From NCBI RefSeq assembly GCF_009914755.1, contig NC_060948.1: 64,000 nucleotides of DNA. One strand, written 5' to 3'. Of the stretch, positions 56,279 through 64,000 are shown one piece after another (position 1 is the first letter of the stretch; every line of letters starts with the position of its first letter). Source of the stretch: the human T2T-CHM13v2.0 reference genome, Homo sapiens. A program made the translations under genes and the position numbers. A model generated the notes under the pieces. That model was not told the origin of the DNA. It did not search any database and was given only the letters and a program-made list of their open reading frames with translations.

Positions 56279-59200
56279 AATGCACTCGAATGCAATGGAG
56301 TCGAAACAAATGGACTGGAATAGAATGGACTCGACTGGTACGGACTCCAATGGAATGGAATCGAATGGAAGGGAATCGAACGGAAGGGAATCGAACGGAA
56401 TGGACTCGAAGGGAAAAGACTGCAATGGAAAGGTCTCGAATGGAATGGAAATTAACGGAATGGAATGGAATCGAATGAAATGGAGTCAAAAGGAATGGAA
56501 TCGAATGGCAAGAAATCGAATGTAATGGAATCGCCAGGAATTGATGTGAACGGAACGGAATGGAATGGAATCCAAAGGAATGGAATAGAATGGAATGGAA
56601 TCGAATGCAAAGGACTCGAATGGAAATCACTCGAATAGAATGCAATTTAATAAAATAGGATCAAATGTAATGGAATGGAATGGAAAGGAATCGAAACGAA
56701 AGGAATGGAGACAGATGGAATGGAATGGAACAGAGAGCAATGGTATAGAATGGAATGGAATCATCTGGAATGGAATTGAATGGAATGGAATAATATGAAA
56801 TGGAATGGAATGGAATGGAATGGAATGCCCTTGAATTAAATGGACTGGAATGGAATGGACTCAAACAGAGTGGAATGGAAAGTGTGGAGATAGAATGGAA
56901 TGAACTCCTTTGGAATGGTGTAGTATGCAATGCAATCGACTGGCAGGGAATCAAAAGGAATGTAATCGAATGGATTGGACTGGAATGCAATGGACTCGAA
57001 TAGATTGGAAACGGAATGCAAAGAATGGAATGGAATAGTATGGAATGGAATGGAAAGGAATGGAGTGGAACAGACTAGAGTGGAATGGAATGGACTGGAA
57101 AGCAATGGACTGGAATGGAACTTTCTTGAATGGACTGGAATCAAACGGAATGGAATGCAATGCAATCAAATGGCATGGAATAAAATAGAATGAAAGAGAA
57201 TCAAATGGAATTGAATCGAATGGAATCGAATGGATTGGAAAGGAATAGAATGGAATGGAATGGAATTGACTCAAATGGAATGGACTAGAATGGAATGGAT
57301 TAGAATGGAAGGCAAAGGAATGGAATCTATTGGAATGGACTGTAATGGAATGGAATGGAAGGGATTGGAATGGACTCGAATGGAATGGACTGCAATAGAA
57401 AGGATTCGAATGGAATGAAAAAGAATTGAATGGAATAGAACAGAATGGAATCAAATCGAATGAAATGGAATGGAATAGAAAGGAATGGAATGAAATGGAA
57501 TGGAAAGGATTCGAATGGAATGCAATCGAATGGAATGGAATCGAACGGAATGGAATAAAATGGAAGAAAACTGGCAAGAAATGGAATCGAAATGAATGGA
57601 GTGTTATGGAACGGACTCAAAAGGAATTGAATGTAATAGAATGGAGTGGAGTGGACTCGAATATAATGGACTGGAATGGAATGAAATCACATGGAATGGG
57701 AACGAATGGAATGGAATGGAAAGGAATGGAATCGAATGGAAAGGAATCGAATGGAAGGGAATGAAATTGAATCAACAGGAATGGAAGGGAATAGAATAGA
57801 CGGTAATGGAATGGACTCGAATAGAATGGACACGAATGCTCAAATTAAATGGACTCGAATGGAATGGAAACGAAAGGAATGTCATCGAATGGAATTGAAT
57901 CGATTGGAATGAAATCGCATAGAATGGAGTGGAATCAAATGGAATTGAATCGAAAGGAAAGGAAGCGAATGGACTGAAATGAAATGGAATGGAATTGAAT
58001 GGAAAGTAATGCAATGGAATAGAATGGAACGAAATTTCACGGAATGGAATCAAACTGAATGGAATCAAATCAATGGAATCAAATCAAATGGAATGGAAAG
58101 GAATTGAATGGAGTAGATGGGATTGGATGGGATTGGAATGAAATGTACTGGAAAGGACTCGAATTTGATGAAACGGAATGGAATGAATTGGAACGGAATG
58201 GACTCGAATGGAATGGAATGTCATGGGATGGCATCAAATGGAATGGCATCAAATGGAATGGAATCGAATGCAATGGAATGCTATGGAATGGAATGGAATG
58301 CATTGGAATGGAATGTCCTCTAATGGAATGGATTCGAGTGGAATGGAATTGAATATAATGGAGTCGAATGAAATGGAATTGAAAGGAATGGGATCGAATA
58401 CAATGGAATATACTGGAATGTAACGTAATGAACTCGAATGTAATTGACTGGAATGGAATGTACATGAATGGAATGTAATCGAATGGAAAGTAATCCAATG
58501 GAATAGAATCTAATGCAATAAAATCGACTCAGATAGAGTAGAATGTAATGGAATGGAGTGCAGTGCAATGGAATGGAATGGAATTTAATGCAATGGAATG
58601 GAATGGAATGGAATGGGATGGAATGGTATGGAATGGATAGTAATGGACTGGAGTGAAATGGACTGGAAAGGAATGGACTCAAATTGAAAGGGCACGAAAG
58701 GAATGGAGTCAAATGGAATGGTCTGGAATGGAATGAACACGAATGTAATGCAACCCAATAGAATGGAATCGAATGGCATGGAATATAAAGAAATGGAATC
58801 GAAGAGAATGGAAACAAATGGAATGGAATTGAATGGAATGGGAACGACTGGAGTGAAATTGTATGCAGTAGAAGTGAATAGAATGGAATGCAAGCGAAAG
58901 GAAAGGAATGGATTGGAATGGAATGGAATTCATTGGAATGGAAGGGAATGTAGTGTAATGGACAGGCCTGGAATAAAGTGGAATGCTACGGTCTCGAATG
59001 GAATAAAAATGTATGGAATGGAATGCAATGAAACGGAATCGAATGTCATAGAATGTAATGGAATGCAAAAAAATGGAATCCAAAATCATTGACTGGAAAG
59101 GCTGGGTGTCGAAAGGAATTGACTCCAATGGAATGGAATCGAATGGAATGGAAGTGAATAGAATCGAACTAAATCGAATGGAATGGAATTGATAGGAACG

Positions 59201-59821
59201 GAATGGAAAGGAATGCAATGATTTGGCATGGAATGGAATCGAATGGCATCGAATGGAATGGAATGGAATGCAATGGAATGGAATGTATTAGAATGTAATG
59301 AACTTTAATGGAATGTACTCGAATGGATTCGACTGGAATGGAATGTTCTGGAAGTGAATGGACTCCAATGGAATGGATTCCAAAGGAATGGAATCGTACG
59401 GAATGGAATCTAATGGAATGGAATTAAATGGAAATGAATCAAATTGAATAGCACGGAATTGAATTGAATGGAATGGAATGCAATGGAATCTAATGAAACG
59501 GAAAGGAAAGGAATGGAATGGAATGGAATGGGCTGGAATGGAAAGGAATTGAAACGAATGGAATGGAATCGAACTGAAGAGACTGGAATGGAATGCACTG
59601 GAATGGAAGGGAGTGTAATGGAAGGTTCTCGAAAAAAATGGAATCGAATGGAATGGAATTGAATGGAACGGAATAGAGTCGAATGGAATTGAATGGAATG
59701 GAATGGACTAGAGTGAAATGGAATCGAACCACAAGGAATGGACAGGAATAGAATGGTCTCGAATTGAATGGAATCGTATGGAATGGCATCAAACGGAATG
59801 GAATGGACAGCCACGGAATGG
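56279..59821 (+). repeat. DYZ1 unit 17 (3543 bp, short haplotype)
   Basis: Landmark spacing 56175->59718. Confidence 0.93.
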
Positions 59822-62800
59822 AATGCACTCGAATGCAATGAAGTCGAAACTAACGGACTGGAATAGAATGGACTCGACTGGTACGGACTCCAATGGAATG
59901 GAATCGAATGGAAGGGAATCGAACGGAAGGGAATCGAACGGAATGGACTCGAAGGGAAAAGACTGCAATGGAAAGGTCTCGAATGGAATGGAAATTAATG
60001 GAATGGAATGGAATCGAATGAAATGGAGTCAAAAGGAATGGAATCGAATGGCAAGAAATCGAATGTAATGGAATCGCAAGGAATTGATGTGAACGGAACG
60101 GAATGGAATGGAATCCAAAGGAATGGAATAGAATGGAATGGAATCGAATGGAAAGGACTCGAATGGAAATCACTCGAATAGAATGCAATTTAATAAAATA
60201 GGATCAAATGTAATGGAATGGAATGGAAAGGAATCGAAACGAAAGGAATGGAGACAGATGGAATGGAATGGAACAGAGAGCAATGGTATAGAATGGAATG
60301 GAATCATCTGGAATGGAATTGAATGGAATGGAATAATATGAAATGGAATGGAATGGAATGGAATGGAATGCCCTTGAATTAAATGGACTGGAATGGAATG
60401 GACTCAAACAGAGTGGAATGGAAAGTGTGGAGGTAGAATGGAATGAACTCCTTTGGAATGGACTAGTAGGCAATGCAATCGACTGGCAGGGAATCAAAAG
60501 GAATGTAATCGAATGGATTGGACTGGAATGCAATGGACTCGAATAGATTGGAAACGGAATGCAAAGAATGGAATGGAATAGTATGGAATGGAATGGAAAG
60601 GAATGGAGTGGAATAGACTAGAGTGGAATGGAATGGACTGGAAAGCAATGGACTGGAATGGAACTTTCTTGAATGGACTGGAATCAAACGGAATGGAATG
60701 CAATGCAATCAAATGGCATGGAATAAAATAGAATGAAAGAGAATCAAATGGAATTGAATCGAATGGAATCGAATGGATTGGAAATGAATAGAATGGAATG
60801 GAATGGAATTGACTCAAATGGAATGGACTAGAATGGAATGGATTCGAATGGAAGGCAAAGGAATGGAATCTATTGGAATGGACTGTAATGGAATGGAATG
60901 GAAGGGATTGGAATGGACTCGAATGGAATGGACTGCAATAGAAAGGATTCGAATGGAATGAAAAAGAATTGAATGGAATAGAACAGAATGGAATCAAATC
61001 GAATGAAATGGAATGGAATAGAAAGGAATGGAATGAAATGGAATGGAAAGGATTCGAATGGAATGCAATCGAATGGAATGGAATCGAACGGAATGGAATA
61101 AAATGGAAGAAAACTGGCAAGAAATGGAATCGAAATGAATGGAGTGTTATGGAACGGACTCAAAAGGAATTGAATGTAATAGAATGGAGTGGAGTGGACT
61201 CGAATATAATGGACTGGAATGGAATGAAATCACATGGAATGGGAACGAATGGAATGGAATGGAAAGGAATGGAATCGAATGGAAAGGAATCGAATGGAAG
61301 GGAATGAAATTGAATCAACAGGAATGGAAGGGAATAGAATAGACGGTAATGGAATGGACTCGAATAGAATGGACACGAATGCTCAAATTAAATGGACTCG
61401 AATGGAATGGAAACGAAAGGAATGTCATCGAATGGAATTGAATCGATTGGAATGAAATCGCATAGAATGGAGTGGAATCAAATGGAATTGAATCGAAAGG
61501 AAAGGAAGCGAATGGACTGAAATGAAATGGAATGGAATTGAATGGAAAGTAATGCAATGGAATAGAATGGAACGAAATTTCACGGAATGGAATCAAACTG
61601 AATGGAATCAAATCAATGGAATCAAATCAAATGGAATGGAAAGGAATTGAATGGAGTAGATGGGATTGGATGGGATTGGAATGAAATGTACTGGAAAGGA
61701 CTCGAATTTCATGAAACGGAATGGAATGAATTGGAACGGAATGGACTCGAATGGAATGGAATGTCATGGGATGGCATCAAACGGAATGGCATCAAATGGA
61801 ATGGAATCGAATGCAATGGAATGCTATGGAATGGAATGGAATGCATTGGAATGGAATGTCCTCTAATGGAATGGATTCGAGTGGAATGGAATTGAATATA
61901 ATGGAGTCGAATGAAATGGAATTGAAAGGAATGGGATCGAATACAATGGAATATACTGGAATGTAACGTAATGAACTCGAATGTAATTGACTGGAATGGA
62001 ATGTACATGAATGGAATGTAATCGAATGGAAAGTAATCCAATGGAATAGAATCTAATGCAATAAAATCGACTCAGATAGAGTAGAATGTAATGGAATGGA
62101 GTGCAGTGCAATGGAATGGAATGGAATGGAATGCAATGGAATGGAATGGAATGGAATGGGATGGAATGGTATGGAATGGGTAGTAATGGACTGGAGTGAA
62201 ATGGACTGGAAAGGAATGGACTCAAATTGAAAGGGCACGAAAGGAATGGAGTCAAATGGAATGGTCTGGAATGGAATGAACACGAATGTAATGCAACCCA
62301 ATAGAATGGAATCGAATGGCATGGAATATAAAGAAATGGAATCGAAGAGAATGGAAACAAATGGAATGGAATTGAATGGAATGGGAACGAATGGAGTGAA
62401 ATTGTATGCAGTAGAAGTGAATAGAATGGAATGCAAGCGAAAGGAAAGGAATGGATTGGAATGGAATGGAATTCATTGGAATGGAAGGGAATGTAGTGTA
62501 ATGGACAGGCCTGGAATAAAGTGGAATGCTACGGTCTCGAATGGAATAAAAATGTATGGAATGGAATGCAATGAAACGGAATCGAATGTCATAGAATGTA
62601 ATGGAATGCAAAAAAATGGAATCCAAAATCATTGACTGGAAAGGCTGGGTGTCGAAAGGAATTGACTCCAATGGAATGGAATCGAATGGAATGGAAGTGA
62701 ATAGAATCGAACTAAATCGAATGGAATGGAATTGATAGGAACGGAATGGAAAGGAATGCAATGATTTGGCATGGAATGGAATCGAATGGCATCGAATGGA

Positions 62801-63364
62801 ATGGAATGGAATGCAATGGAATGGAATGTATTAGAATGGAATGAACTTTAATGGAATGTACTCGAATGGATTCGACTGGAATGGAATGTTCTGGAAGTGA
62901 ATGGACTCCAATGGAATGGATTCAAAAGGAATGGAATCGTACGGAATGGAATCTAATGGAATGGAATTAAATGGAAATGAATCAAATTGAATAGCACGGA
63001 ATTGAATTGAATGGAATGGAATGCAATGGAATCTAATGAAACGGAAAGGAAAGGAATGGAATGGAATGGAATGGGCTGGAATGGAAAGGAATCGAAACGA
63101 ATGGAATGGAATCGAACTGAAGAGACTGGAATGGAATGCACTGGAATGGAAGGGAGTGTAATGGAAGGTTCTCGAAAAAAATGGAATCGAATGGAATGGA
63201 ATTGAATGGAACGGAATAGAGTCGAATGGAATTGAATGGAATGGAATGGACTAGAGTGAAATGGAATCGAACCACAAGGAATGGACAGGAATAGAATGGT
63301 CTCGAATTGAATGGAATCGTATGGAATGGCATCAAACGGAATGGAATGGACAGCCACGGAATGG
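59822..63364 (+). repeat. DYZ1 unit 18 (3543 bp, short haplotype)
   Basis: Landmark spacing 59718->63261; GGACTAGTAGGC allele shared with unit 3. Confidence 0.93.
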
Positions 63365-64000
63365 AATGCACTCGAATGCAATGAAGTCGAAACTAACGGA
63401 CTGGAATAGAATGGACTCGACTGGTACGGACTCCAATGGAATGGAATCGAATGGAAGGGAATCGAACGGAAGGGAATCGAACGGAATGGACTCGAAGGGA
63501 AAAGACTGCAATGGAAAGGTCTCGAATGGAATGGAAATTAATGGAATGGAATGGAATCGAATGAAATGGAGTCAAAAGGAATGGAATCGAATGGCAAGAA
63601 ATCGAATGTAATGGAATCGCAAGGAATTGATGTGAACGGAACGGAATGGAATGGAATCCAAAGGAATGGAATAGAATGGAATGGAATCGAATGGAAAGGA
63701 CTCGAATGGAAATCACTCGAATAGAATGCAATTTAATAAAATAGGATCAAATGTAATGGAATGGAATGGAAAGGAATCGAAACGAAAGGAATGGAGACAG
63801 ATGGAATGGAATGGAACAGAGAGCAATGGTATAGAATGGAATGGAATCATCTGGAATGGAATTGAATGGAATGGAATAATATGAAATGGAATGGAATGGA
63901 ATGGAATGGAATGGAATGGAATGCCCTTGAATTAAATGGACTGGAATGGAATGGACTCAAACAGAGTGGAATGGAAAGTGTGGAGGTAGAATGGAATGAA
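63365..64000 (+). repeat. DYZ1 unit 19 (partial; runs off the window)
   Basis: Same 5' alleles as unit 18 (ATGAAGTCG, CTAACGG, ATCGCAAGG, GGAGGTAGA); (ATGGA)7 instead of 5 at 63886-63920. Confidence 0.9.

Larger units (their letters stand above)
1..64000 (+). repeat. DYZ1: Human satellite III array, DYZ1 (HSat3A6) of Yq12 heterochromatin; diverged (GGAAT)n pentamer with ~3.58-kb higher-order period
   Basis: Seen: GGAAT-derived pentamers throughout; identical ORF patterns recur every ~3.58 kb (e.g. MESNHKEW starts at 3476, 7060, 10603, 14177, 16838, 20417...); one GAATTC (2684-2689) and one GGCC (2723-2726) per unit. Established: DYZ1 is the ~3.4-3.6-kb HaeIII/EcoRI male-specific satellite III repeat. 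Confidence 0.96.

Noticed and set aside
1-64000. CRISPR-like or other repeat-spacer architecture, or a novel encoded system
   Set aside because: There are no unique spacers: every segment recurs at the ~3.58-kb period with near identity. There are no cas-like or other genuine genes.
1-64000. DYZ2 (AT-rich/Alu) block, transposon insertion or inversion
   Set aside because: No Alu, poly-A, AT-rich segment or switch to CATTC on the + strand anywhere in the window.
1-64000. HSat2 (HSATII) or the chr9-type HSat3 assignment
   Set aside because: The sequence lacks the recurrent HSat2 CATTCGATTC/ATGATG ~26-bp pattern. The ~3.58-kb period with single EcoRI and HaeIII sites and the CAGGCCTG segment fit DYZ1.

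Overview
The whole 64-kb window is one uninterrupted, single-orientation block of human satellite III ((GGAAT)n on + strand, (ATTCC)n on - strand), organised as a ~3.58-kb higher-order unit. Each unit has one EcoRI site and one HaeIII/StuI site, which identifies it as DYZ1 (HSat3A6) of human Yq12 heterochromatin. Phased from the 'AATGCACTCG' landmark at position 1, there are 18 complete units and a partial 19th, with lengths 3579, 3584, 3543, 3574, 2661, 3579, 3579, 3544, 3589, 3583, 3579, 3579, 3574, 3579, 3573, 3579, 3543 and 3543 bp. I see no genes, RNA genes, transposons, DYZ2/Alu segments or inversions. All listed ORFs are translation artefacts of the pentamer (MEWNG/FHSIP). I find no evidence for a new coding system. 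The informative signal is the internal history of the array: (i) a divergent 2661-bp unit with a 903-bp microhomology-bounded deletion and apparently ancestral alleles; (ii) a near-identical 7152-bp two-unit tandem duplication whose breakpoint maps to a 216-bp interval; (iii) several interleaved, recombining unit haplotypes; (iv) a hypervariable pure (ATGGA)n tract that accounts for most unit-length variation. All comparisons were done by eye and need confirming by alignment.
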